10,815 nucleotides of DNA, from NCBI GenBank assembly GCA_014728835.1, contig WJKY01000040.1, positions 1-10,815 on the forward strand, given 5' to 3'. This document shows, in pieces, positions 1-6,841 of this stretch (position 1 is its first letter; the number at the start of each line of letters is the position of its first letter). This stretch comes from Candidatus Woesearchaeota archaeon (lineage in GTDB: Archaea > Nanobdellota > Nanobdellia > UBA10117 > WJKY01). The translations under genes were made by a program, and so were the position numbers. The notes beneath the pieces are model-generated. The model made no database searches and had not been told where the DNA came from. It was given only the letters and a program-made list of their open reading frames with translations.

Positions 1-1
1 C

Positions 2-313
2 GTTAGACCTGCGCCAAAAGAAATTCGTCGCATTAAGAAAAAAATAAAAAAACCAAAGAAAAAACCTAAATTAAAAATTAAGAAAAGAAAATTAAAGAAA
101 AAAGATTTGAGAGCTTACGAAAGAAAACTCAAACAAATTAAAAAATCTGTTTACGAAGAAGTTCGTAAAAACGGTGCTGTAGCTAAAAAATTTAAACCTA
201 AAGTCAAAAAACTGAAAATTAGAAAAAAAACTAGCAAAGGTAAAAAGAAACTCTTTAAAGAACTTTCGAAACTAGAAAAAGATATGAAGAAAATAGAAAA
301 GGACATTGAATAA
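2..313 (+). CDS. Lysine-rich, highly basic low-complexity protein, C-terminal part (5' end probably outside window)
   Basis: The reading frame is open from the window edge to TAA 311-313; the ORF track only begins it at TTG 107. The product is K/R/E-rich with no recognisable domain. Its stop overlaps the next ATG (TAATG). Confidence 0.4.
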   Translation, partial: VRPAPKEIRRIKKKIKKPKKKPKLKIKKRKLKKKDLRAYERKLKQIKKSVYEEVRKNGAVAKKFKPKVKKLKIRKKTSKGKKKLFKELSKLEKDMKKIEKDIE

Positions 314-1305
314 TGAAAGAAGTAAAAGATATTTCTCCAGATAAACTTACAGCAAATGAATTAGTAAAACAATTATATGAAAGTGGTGGCTTTGTGGCAA
401 AAAAATTAGCTACAGGTGTTAATATTCTTGAAAAGATGACTAAAGATGAAAAATGTATTAAGTTTCTTTCTTTTCCTGCGTGTATAATTTCTACTGGTAC
501 GCGTGGCGTCATTAAAGATTTAGTTAAGAACAAATCAGTTGATGTGTTAATAACTACTTGTGGTACTTTAGATCATGATTTAGCGCGAATTTGGAAACCT
601 TATTGGCATGGCGCATTTGAAGCTGATGATAAAGAACTGCATAAAAAAGGTATTTACAGACTTGGAAATATATTCATACCAAAAGAATCATATGGTGAAA
701 TTTTAGAAAATAAAATTCAACCAGTGCTGAAAAATATGTATGAGAATAAAAAAGAATTATCTGGAAAAGAATTTATTTGGGAGCTTGGAAAAGCATTAGA
801 AAATGAAGAAAACAAAGAAAGTTCAATTATTTATTGGGCGTGGAAAAATAAAATCCCTGTTTTTGTGCCTGGAATCACTGATGGTGCTGTTGGTTCTCAA
901 CTTTGGTTATTCAGACAAAAACATTCTGATTTTAAAATAGATTTGCTTGCTGATGAAAATGATTTGTCAAATATTGTTTTTGACGCCCAAATAAAGCAAA
1001 GTTCCACTGGGCCCAGAAAAACTAATGGTTTTTCTCGGGCTAAAAAACTAGGGGCTTTGATGCTTGGTGGTGGAATTTCAAAACATCATACTATCTGGTG
1101 GGCGCAATTTGGTCACGGACTTGATTATGCTGTTTACATTACAACTGCAGTTGAATGGGACGGGAGTCTTAGCGGAGCTGAAACAAAGGAAGCTATTAGC
1201 TGGGGAAAGATTAAAGAACAAGGAATGCATATAACTATTAACGGAGATATAACAATCTTGTTGCCGCTGATGATATCTGCGCTCAAAGAAAGATTAGGAG
1301 GGTAA
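313..1305 (+). CDS. dys: Deoxyhypusine synthase
   Basis: The 330-aa product carries family hallmarks: TTCGTLDHDL, GITDGAVGS, LGGGISKHH, and the catalytic-lysine motif EAISWGKIK near the C-terminus. It aligns from memory to human DHS ([17 protein letters not shown]). Confidence 0.9.
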   Translation: MKEVKDISPDKLTANELVKQLYESGGFVAKKLATGVNILEKMTKDEKCIKFLSFPACIISTGTRGVIKDLVKNKSVDVLITTCGTLDHDLARIWKPYWHGAFEADDKELHKKGIYRLGNIFIPKESYGEILENKIQPVLKNMYENKKELSGKEFIWELGKALENEENKESSIIYWAWKNKIPVFVPGITDGAVGSQLWLFRQKHSDFKIDLLADENDLSNIVFDAQIKQSSTGPRKTNGFSRAKKLGALMLGGGISKHHTIWWAQFGHGLDYAVYITTAVEWDGSLSGAETKEAISWGKIKEQGMHITINGDITILLPLMISALKERLGG

Positions 1306-1306
1306 A

Positions 1307-1456
1307 GTGTCTGAAGAAAGTCAGGAATTAAAATGTCCAAAATGCGGTAGTGCTGCTTTAAGTGTGTCTACAACTACTATGCCTCACACTACCAAAAAAT
1401 ATAAACGAATCAAATGTTTAAACTGTGGTGTTCAATTTGATAAATTAGATGAATAA
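1307..1456 (+). CDS. Small zinc-ribbon protein (49 aa), not in ORF track
   Basis: GTG start at 1307 lies 5 nt after the SD-like AGGAGGG (1296-1302). Translation: MSEESQELKCPKCGSAALSVSTTTMPHTTKKYKRIKCLNCGVQFDKLDE, with two CxxC knuckles (CPKC, CLNC). It fills the dys-pth2 gap exactly and overlaps the pth2 start by 8 nt. Confidence 0.6.
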   Translation: MSEESQELKCPKCGSAALSVSTTTMPHTTKKYKRIKCLNCGVQFDKLDE

Positions 1457-1820
1457 AATGTATAAACAAGCTATTGTAATTCGGACTGATTTAAACATGT
1501 CGCGGGGAAAGTTATGCTCGCAATCAGCGCATGCTAGTCTTGAGGCTGCTTTGAAAACTCAGAAAACAGATAAAATCTTTAAAACAAAAAATCTAAATGC
1601 GTGGCGCAAAGAAGGTGCAAAAAAAATTGTTTTAAAAGTCATGTCCGAATCTGCACTAATTAAAATCAGAGATAAAGCTGTTCGTGCAGGCTTAAAATCT
1701 GCACTAATTAAAGATGCTGGTTTTACAGAACTGCCAGCAGGAACAATTACCGCAATTGCTATTGGACCTGATAAAGAAAAAGAAATTGATAAAATAACTA
1801 GTAATTTATCTACGTTATGA
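1449..1820 (+). CDS. pth2: Peptidyl-tRNA hydrolase, archaeal/eukaryotic PTH2 type
   Basis: N-terminal KQAIVIRTDLNMSRGKLCSQSAHAS and C-terminal DAGFTELPAGTITAIAIGP match the PTH2 signature. An alternative start is ATG 1458. Confidence 0.88.
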   Translation: MNKMYKQAIVIRTDLNMSRGKLCSQSAHASLEAALKTQKTDKIFKTKNLNAWRKEGAKKIVLKVMSESALIKIRDKAVRAGLKSALIKDAGFTELPAGTITAIAIGPDKEKEIDKITSNLSTL

Positions 1821-2504
1821 TTATTTTTTCACTAATTTTGCTTTTTTGATAACATATTGCCCGTGGTCGCCCTTCCAAATTTTTTCAGCTTCTTGGATTT
1901 CTATTTTTTTCTTAAAAACAGGACCATCTAAAACTATTGTTTCAAATTCTCCACCTTCCCCTGAAAGATGAATTCCATATCTTTGATGCATTAATTTTAA
2001 TTTTTCAAGAGTTTCTGTATTTAATTCTCTGCCAAGCCAGGACTCATCAAAACCATGTGCAGAAACAGATGTAATAATTACTTTAAAACCAGCTTTAATA
2101 AGTTCTGTAAGATATATTTCAGGGTCTAAATGCCAAAGCAAAGCTAAGCTTCGTAGCCCCAAATCACTGCATATTGCTTCGATTCTAAATCTTTGATATT
2201 GTGATGCTACTGCACCTGAAACTACGCCTTCTATTTTGTAATCTCGCATTGCTTTTTTTAGTGCTAATTCAAGGTCTTTTAGTTCTTTTTCTTTTATTCC
2301 TTTTGTTTTTCTAAATATAATAGGGATTCCAATAGCTTTTGCTTGTAATTTAACCATATCTATATTGGGAATGTGAAACATGTAAGAATATGGATTTTCT
2401 GATTTTATTGCTACTAAAACAGCAATATCTCTACCTTGTTCTATTGCTCTATGGAGCGCAAAAACGCTGTCTTTGCCACCGCTGAATAAAACTGCAACTT
2501 TCAT
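1821..2504 (-). CDS. dph6: PP-loop ATP-binding protein of the MJ0570/Dph6 family (putative diphthine-ammonia ligase)
   Basis: MKVAVLFSGGKDS is a PP-loop motif, and SGEGGEFETIVLDGP is typical of the family. I place the start at ATG 2504, which is preceded by AGAGGGTG, rather than at the track's TTG 2540. Confidence 0.8.
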   Translation of the reverse strand: MKVAVLFSGGKDSVFALHRAIEQGRDIAVLVAIKSENPYSYMFHIPNIDMVKLQAKAIGIPIIFRKTKGIKEKELKDLELALKKAMRDYKIEGVVSGAVASQYQRFRIEAICSDLGLRSLALLWHLDPEIYLTELIKAGFKVIITSVSAHGFDESWLGRELNTETLEKLKLMHQRYGIHLSGEGGEFETIVLDGPVFKKKIEIQEAEKIWKGDHGQYVIKKAKLVKK

Positions 2505-2673
2505 AAAAACACCCTCTTTAGCGGGAAATTGTAGTCTCAATTAAACAATATAAACTTTTGGGAAAAACCGAATTCTTTTAAAATACTTATTTTGACTTTA
2601 AATTAGCAGAATCTTCGAATGCCCTAACAAAATCTAGGGACATAAGAACTGCTGTTAACTGGCGGAATCAGTT

Positions 2674-2782
2674 GCGTCGGTAGTCTAGTCTGGTAGGACT
2701 CTGGCCTTCCATATCGTGAAAAGAAATTTTCGCGGAATTCTGGAGAAAGCCAGCGACGTGGGTTCAAATCCCGCCCGACGCA
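2674..2782 (+). tRNA. tRNA-Gly(UCC) with one canonical 37/38 intron
   Basis: Acceptor GCGTCGG/CCGACGC plus discriminator A. D-arm GTCT-AGTCTGGTA-GGAC. Anticodon stem CTGGC/GCCAG with loop CT-TCC-A[intron]A. T-arm GTGGG-TTCAAAT-CCCGC. Mature length is 73 nt after removing 2712-2747. Confidence 0.85.
2712..2747 (+). other. tRNA-Gly intron (36 nt), BHB-type, position 37/38
   Basis: Central 4-bp helix C2706-G2745, T2707-A2744, T2708-G2743, C2709-G2742, flanked by 3-nt bulges CAT (2710-2712) and AAA (2746-2748). The intron core is an 8-bp hairpin 2715-2734 capped by a GAAA tetraloop. Confidence 0.7.
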
Positions 2783-2785
2783 TTT

Positions 2786-3931
2786 CTATAATCTTGCCAT
2801 TGCAAAGTATATGGCTGCGATAGCAGCAATTGCAAAAGCTATCTTAAATTTAAGCAAAAGCGGCACCAATATTAAGAAAAATAATGCTATAGTGCGACCT
2901 GAACAATAAGATAAATCTCTAAAACTCATAAATTCTGTTCTAGTACCTGGTTTTAAATTATCACAAAAGAATGTGAACATTGGTATTGCGATCCCTGTCC
3001 AACCCACACCTATGAAAAAAGACATGCCATATATTGCAAATGGGTTTGTAATAAAAATCAAACCAATAAAAACCAGTGATAGTATTATTGCGCTAGCTCT
3101 CATAATTGCTTTTTTGCCGAATTTATCAGTTGCCCTGCCCAATAAAATTGCGCAAATAGCTATTCCCAAACTCATCAGAGATACTGCTGCGCCAGTAATT
3201 GAAAAGTTCTGACTGAGTGTGAATATATAAATAGGAAACATTACAAATACAGGCACCATTACAAAACCTTGGACAAAGAAATCATCAAACCAATGTAAAT
3301 TTTTTTTGCTAAATATTTGTTTCCATTTGTATTTCATGTGGCTTTTATATTCGTAACTTAAAAAAAGTGGGGCAACAGAAACTAAAAGTAAAACTGCTGC
3401 AATTAAAAATAAAAGACTAAATCCAAATGAAGCTATCATAACTCCACCAATAAAAGGCGCTGTTACAGCTGCAACTTTTGGTAAAGCTGTAAATAAACCT
3501 GTTTCAGTTCCTCTGCGTCCTTTATTACTTGATTTGGTAAAATGTGAATTCATCGGAACCCAATATATAATTGCTCCTATGGCGCCGACAATTGCAATCG
3601 GATACAATGGTAAATTTATTTCTCCTATGCTACGCAAAAGTAAAAGATAAACAATAGTAAGGCCAGGACCTATTGCAATTGTATGTTTCAGGCCAGCTTT
3701 TGAAGATATAACTGATACAATTGGAGCAAAAATCGCCATTGTTAAATAAAAAATAGCTAAATAAAATAGGGCTTGATTAAGTTCATATCCAAGATTTAAT
3801 AAATACATTGGAATAAAAACCGAAACTAATGATAAAGAAAATGCTCTCATGATTGTTGCAGCATATATTTCTTTAAGTTCTTTTTTTATTTTAGTCAGTG
3901 ACAATTTATGCAATAATAAATTATAGGGCAT
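2786..3931 (-). CDS. MFS-type membrane transporter
   Basis: 381 aa, almost entirely hydrophobic with about 10-12 predicted helices. It has an MFS motif-A-like loop, LLGRATDKFGKKAIM. Substrate is unknown. Confidence 0.7.
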   Translation of the reverse strand: MPYNLLLHKLSLTKIKKELKEIYAATIMRAFSLSLVSVFIPMYLLNLGYELNQALFYLAIFYLTMAIFAPIVSVISSKAGLKHTIAIGPGLTIVYLLLLRSIGEINLPLYPIAIVGAIGAIIYWVPMNSHFTKSSNKGRRGTETGLFTALPKVAAVTAPFIGGVMIASFGFSLLFLIAAVLLLVSVAPLFLSYEYKSHMKYKWKQIFSKKNLHWFDDFFVQGFVMVPVFVMFPIYIFTLSQNFSITGAAVSLMSLGIAICAILLGRATDKFGKKAIMRASAIILSLVFIGLIFITNPFAIYGMSFFIGVGWTGIAIPMFTFFCDNLKPGTRTEFMSFRDLSYCSGRTIALFFLILVPLLLKFKIAFAIAAIAAIYFAMARL

Positions 3932-3981
3932 ATTTTTATGTAGGGGATAGTATTTTTAAAGCCTTTTTACTAAAATTTATC

Positions 3982-4620
3982 ATGACAAAAATAATATTTG
4001 TGGCGCATGCTGATGATGGTGTGCTTGGATGCGGCGGAACAATTGCAAAACTTATCAGGCAAAAAGAAAAAGTAATTGTTGTTGTACTTTTTTCTGAAGA
4101 AAATAATCATACTCTGCTAGATACTTCTATTTTAAAAGAGCGGAAAACAAAAGAAGCAAAACGCGCATTTGGATTGCTTGGATGCAATAATATTATTTTT
4201 TTAGGTTTAAAAGAACTAAAAATAAAAAAGCAAATTAAAAACTCTAAAGTCATCAATAAAATTGAAAAAATTTTAGAGAAATATAAACCATATACTATTT
4301 TTACACATGCTCCTGATGATCCTCATCCTGCGCATAGAATAGTTACTGAATTAATTAAAAAAATGCTTATAAAATCAAAGCAAAAAATTGAAATATATAC
4401 ATTTACAATATCAACTCCGTTCAGGCTAATTAAACGAAACAGGCCTAAACTATATATTGACATTAGCAAAACTTACAAATTAAAAAATAAAGCATTGGAG
4501 ATGTTTAAGAGTCAAAGAAGTTTTATGCTTTATTATAAGAGTATAGTATGGCTGCGTAATTGGTTGGGCGGATTTAAAGCTGGCAGCAAATATGCTGAAG
4601 TTTTTACAAAAGATAAGTAG
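3982..4620 (+). CDS. PIG-L/LmbE-family deacetylase
   Basis: MTKIIFVAHADDGVLGCGGTIAK matches the AHPDDE-like motif, and HAPDDPHPAHRIV matches the HPDH-like motif. The start is moved to ATG 3982; the track's GTG 3898 extension would overlap the divergent MFS gene. Confidence 0.78.
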   Translation: MTKIIFVAHADDGVLGCGGTIAKLIRQKEKVIVVVLFSEENNHTLLDTSILKERKTKEAKRAFGLLGCNNIIFLGLKELKIKKQIKNSKVINKIEKILEKYKPYTIFTHAPDDPHPAHRIVTELIKKMLIKSKQKIEIYTFTISTPFRLIKRNRPKLYIDISKTYKLKNKALEMFKSQRSFMLYYKSIVWLRNWLGGFKAGSKYAEVFTKDK

Positions 4621-4622
4621 TT

Positions 4623-4630
4623 TTTTAAAT
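4623..4630 (+). promoter_or_regulatory. TATA-box-like element for tRNA-Arg
   Basis: TTTTAAAT is centred about 25 nt upstream of tRNA position 1 (4651). T-runs at 4621-4626 and 4642-4647 could also terminate the upstream CDS. Confidence 0.45.
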
Positions 4631-4667
4631 GAAATATGTGGTTTTTTATTGCTCCTGTAGCTCAGTC

Positions 4668-4752
4668 ACAGCTGAAAGGTCAGCTGGCACCCTGTGCACA
4701 TTCCTTTGAAATGTACAGCGGTTTTGCCGAACACGACCTTTGGTTGCTGAAT
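4668..4752 (+). other. tRNA-Arg intron 1 (about 85 nt) in the D-loop, just 5' of G18G19
   Basis: 4-bp helix TCAG(4662-4665)/CTGA(4747-4750) with 3-nt bulges TCA (4666-4668) and ATT (4751-4753). The inner helix includes AAAGGTC(4675-4681)/GACCTTT(4735-4741). Exact junctions are uncertain by 1-2 nt. Confidence 0.6.
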
Positions 4753-4774
4753 TGGATAGAGCACTTCCCTCCTA

Positions 4775-4793
4775 GAACTAAAAAGTTAGAGAA
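4775..4793 (+). other. tRNA-Arg intron 2 (19 nt), canonical 37/38
   Basis: Central helix C4769-G4791, T4770-A4790, C4771-G4789 plus a C.A mismatch. Bulges are TAG (4773-4775) and AAA (4792-4794). Inner helix is AAC(4776-4778)/GTT(4785-4787). Confidence 0.7.
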
Positions 4794-4815
4794 AGGAAGG
4801 AGTCGTGGGTTCAAA

Positions 4816-4857
4816 GGTCGGGCGCTTCCGACAGCTTATGAAGCGTTGACTTGAAAG
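4816..4857 (+). other. tRNA-Arg intron 3 (42 nt) in the T-loop, position 59/60
   Basis: T-loop TTCA(4810-4813) pairs with TGAA(4852-4855). The 3' bulge is AGT (4856-4858) and the 5' bulge is AAG (4814-4816). Inner helix is GTC(4817-4819)/GAC(4848-4850). Removal restores T-loop TTCAAAT and T-stem GTGGG/CCCAT. Confidence 0.65.
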
Positions 4858-4871
4858 TCCCATCAGGAGCA

Positions 4872-6491
4872 CTATCTTGTAAAAGAAATATCTTTGCCAG
4901 ATACTAAAGCATCTAAAACTTGTCTGCCGAGTTTTGATTTTTTGTAGATTCTTGCTGTGCCTTTCCGGTTTACAGACAAAGTTTTGATTGGTTTATTATT
5001 TATTTGTAAATTAACTGATCTTACGCGGTCTTTAAAATAAAAATTAATGAATTTTTTTGTTTCTTTTATTCTATAGGGAATACTCATTTGTGTGCGCCCT
5101 CTTCTGCGTTTTTTAATTGGCACAACAACTGTGTGTTCGCCATAAGAATAAATTTCATATTCGAGTTGACCAGTTTCAAAATCATTAACTTCAACTATTG
5201 GTCTTGCTAAATCAGCTTCTGTCATTCCTGTTGGAACTTTTACTCTCATGCTAAGTTCCAGAACTTTATCAACTTCTCCTTTGTCAATAAAGACAACAGT
5301 GTCAATAATTTGTGGAATCATTCCAAGTTCAACTCTGCCAACAAATCTTTGCACAGCATCAATTGGATTTGTTGCATGAATTACACCAGCTAAACCAATA
5401 CCTGCGAGGCGTAAATCAGCGTAAAGCTTGAAATCATGTGTTGTTCGCATCTCATCAAACATCGTATAATCTGGACGCGTAAGCAAAAGAACATTGTGTA
5501 TGCTTTGCCGGGAGCCAAAATCTTTTGAGTATTGAGTAATTTTATCAGGCACTTGCAAGTCTCTTGGAGATTCAATTGTTTTGATTATTTTATCTTCTTT
5601 AGCATAAAATTTTGCCAGAGCAGCTGTAAAAGTTGTCTTACCAGAACCAGGCGCGCCTGATACTAAAATTCCTGTTGCACTGGTTTTTAATCTTTGTTTT
5701 AATTTATTAGAAAGATTATAATCTTTAAGTTCCAAAGTAGCTACTGGTCGCACAGCAGTAATTTCCCAACCATCTGAAAATGGTGGTTTGCAAATAACTA
5801 TTCTAAAATTTTTAAACTGAACAATATTTATTCCTGGACTAGAGATCTCAATAAAAGCGCCTTGTGTAAGTTTTGTTTTTTCAATTATGTCTGCAGCAAA
5901 AACTTTTACATCATGTGCGCTAAGTTTTGTTTTTCTAAGTAATTTAAACTGCCATTTACCTGGTTTTCCTTGTTTTGCAAGAGGTATTGAATCTTCTTTC
6001 AGATGCACAGACATTGTATTTGGAGTAAAAAATTTTTCAATGTCTAGAGCTTTAATTTTTTTTGCTGAAACAGGTAGTATAAGAATTGTTTTAATGCCCA
6101 TTGCTTCGGCAACTAAAGATTGTACGCGATCTGCAGTAATCAAAACTGCGCGTTTGTCATATGCTATACTACGAATCATATCATCAATTGCGCCCGCATG
6201 TGCGCGTTTAATATGCCATTCTTTTGGTCGTTCACCTTCATAATCTAAATGAATTTTCTTTTTCTTTGCAAGCTCTCTAAGCGATGTTATTTCTTCCAAA
6301 CCAATAAAACCTTCAGATTGATTTTGATTTGCTTGGTTTTCTAATTCTGCAAGAACTGCACGCGGAATAATGATTTTGCCTGCAATTTTTTTCTTTTTAA
6401 CTAAATCAGAAACTTTGCGTTCAATAACTATAGATGTATCTACTACATATGTTTTTCTTGATAATTTGGTGGCTTTTTTCTTTTTTTTCAT
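4872..6491 (-). CDS. PIN-domain / PilT-type (VirB11-like) ATPase, archaeal COG1855-like
   Basis: N-terminal PIN domain: YVVDTSIVIE, AVLAELE, LITADRVQSLVAEAMGI. ATPase core: Walker A GAPGSGKTT, TIESPRDLQ, Walker-B-like RPDYTMFDEMR, and GVIHATNPIDAVQRF. I place the start at ATG 6491, which forms an ATGA overlap with the upstream stop. Confidence 0.8.
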   Translation of the reverse strand: MKKKKKATKLSRKTYVVDTSIVIERKVSDLVKKKKIAGKIIIPRAVLAELENQANQNQSEGFIGLEEITSLRELAKKKKIHLDYEGERPKEWHIKRAHAGAIDDMIRSIAYDKRAVLITADRVQSLVAEAMGIKTILILPVSAKKIKALDIEKFFTPNTMSVHLKEDSIPLAKQGKPGKWQFKLLRKTKLSAHDVKVFAADIIEKTKLTQGAFIEISSPGINIVQFKNFRIVICKPPFSDGWEITAVRPVATLELKDYNLSNKLKQRLKTSATGILVSGAPGSGKTTFTAALAKFYAKEDKIIKTIESPRDLQVPDKITQYSKDFGSRQSIHNVLLLTRPDYTMFDEMRTTHDFKLYADLRLAGIGLAGVIHATNPIDAVQRFVGRVELGMIPQIIDTVVFIDKGEVDKVLELSMRVKVPTGMTEADLARPIVEVNDFETGQLEYEIYSYGEHTVVVPIKKRRRGRTQMSIPYRIKETKKFINFYFKDRVRSVNLQINNKPIKTLSVNRKGTARIYKKSKLGRQVLDALVSGKDISFTR

Positions 6492-6841
6492 ATTTGCTTT
6501 TGTTTTTCTAATCGCACCCAATTAATAAATGCTTTGACTCGTTTATGAGCTTTTTCTATATCTAATTTATTTACGTGGCGCCTTGTAGACATTTTCCAAA
6601 GCTCTAAGAAATATGCTGAGAATTCTTTTTCTTGTTCTGATGAAGATTTTTCTAATTGTTTTTGTATTAACATAGGACTTACTTTGCTATGGCTATCTAA
6701 ATCAAAATGTTCTGCAACAGCTAAATTAGCTGCTTTTAAAATATGATTTAAAATTGCTGGCAAATAATCTTCAGCATTTGCTCTGCATAAAAGAAAATCT
6801 GCTAATTTTAATTTCTCATTTGCTTTGTCTAATTTACTCAT
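6488..6841 (-). CDS. Hypothetical small alpha-helical protein (117 aa), paralog of the upstream ORF
   Basis: The ORF is translationally coupled on both sides (ATGAGTAA overlap upstream, ATGA downstream). It shares the motifs LADFLL and AILNHILKAANLA with the 161-aa neighbour. I recognise no family. Confidence 0.6.
   Translation of the reverse strand: MSKLDKANEKLKLADFLLCRANAEDYLPAILNHILKAANLAVAEHFDLDSHSKVSPMLIQKQLEKSSSEQEKEFSAYFLELWKMSTRRHVNKLDIEKAHKRVKAFINWVRLEKQKQI

Larger units (their letters stand above)
4651..4871 (+). tRNA. tRNA-Arg(CCU) gene interrupted by three introns
   Basis: Exons 4651-4667, 4753-4774, 4794-4815 and 4858-4871 join to a 75-nt cloverleaf: GCTCCTG TA GCTC AGTCTGGATA GAGC A CTTCC CTCCTAA GGAAG GAGTC GTGGG TTCAAAT CCCAT CAGGAGC A. 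The acceptor stem is a perfect 7 bp and the anticodon is CCT. Confidence 0.8.

Noticed and set aside
1-106. Poly-A/lysine-codon tract as a non-coding A-rich spacer or slippery frameshift site
   Set aside because: The frame stays open from the window edge and continues seamlessly into the 107-313 ORF. I cannot test frameshifting from the sequence alone.
985-1055. BHB-type mRNA intron in dys around the palindrome
   Set aside because: The hairpin has one single-nt bulge, not two 3-nt bulges separated by 4 bp. The reading frame is intact through it.
1648-1712. 17-nt exact direct repeat AATCTGCACTAATTAAA (1648-1664 and 1696-1712) inside pth2
   Set aside because: It is in-frame (SALIK twice), and both copies fall in positions compatible with the normal PTH2 fold. 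It is probably a local duplication or conversion with no separate feature.
4668-4752. C/D-box sRNA inside tRNA-Arg intron 1, as in archaeal tRNA-Trp introns
   Set aside because: Two CTGA (D-box-like) motifs are present, but there is no RUGAUGA C box.
4636-4854. 72-aa plus-strand ORF from the ORF track
   Set aside because: It lies entirely within the tri-intronic tRNA-Arg gene. Its composition is atypical and the region is explained by the RNA structure.
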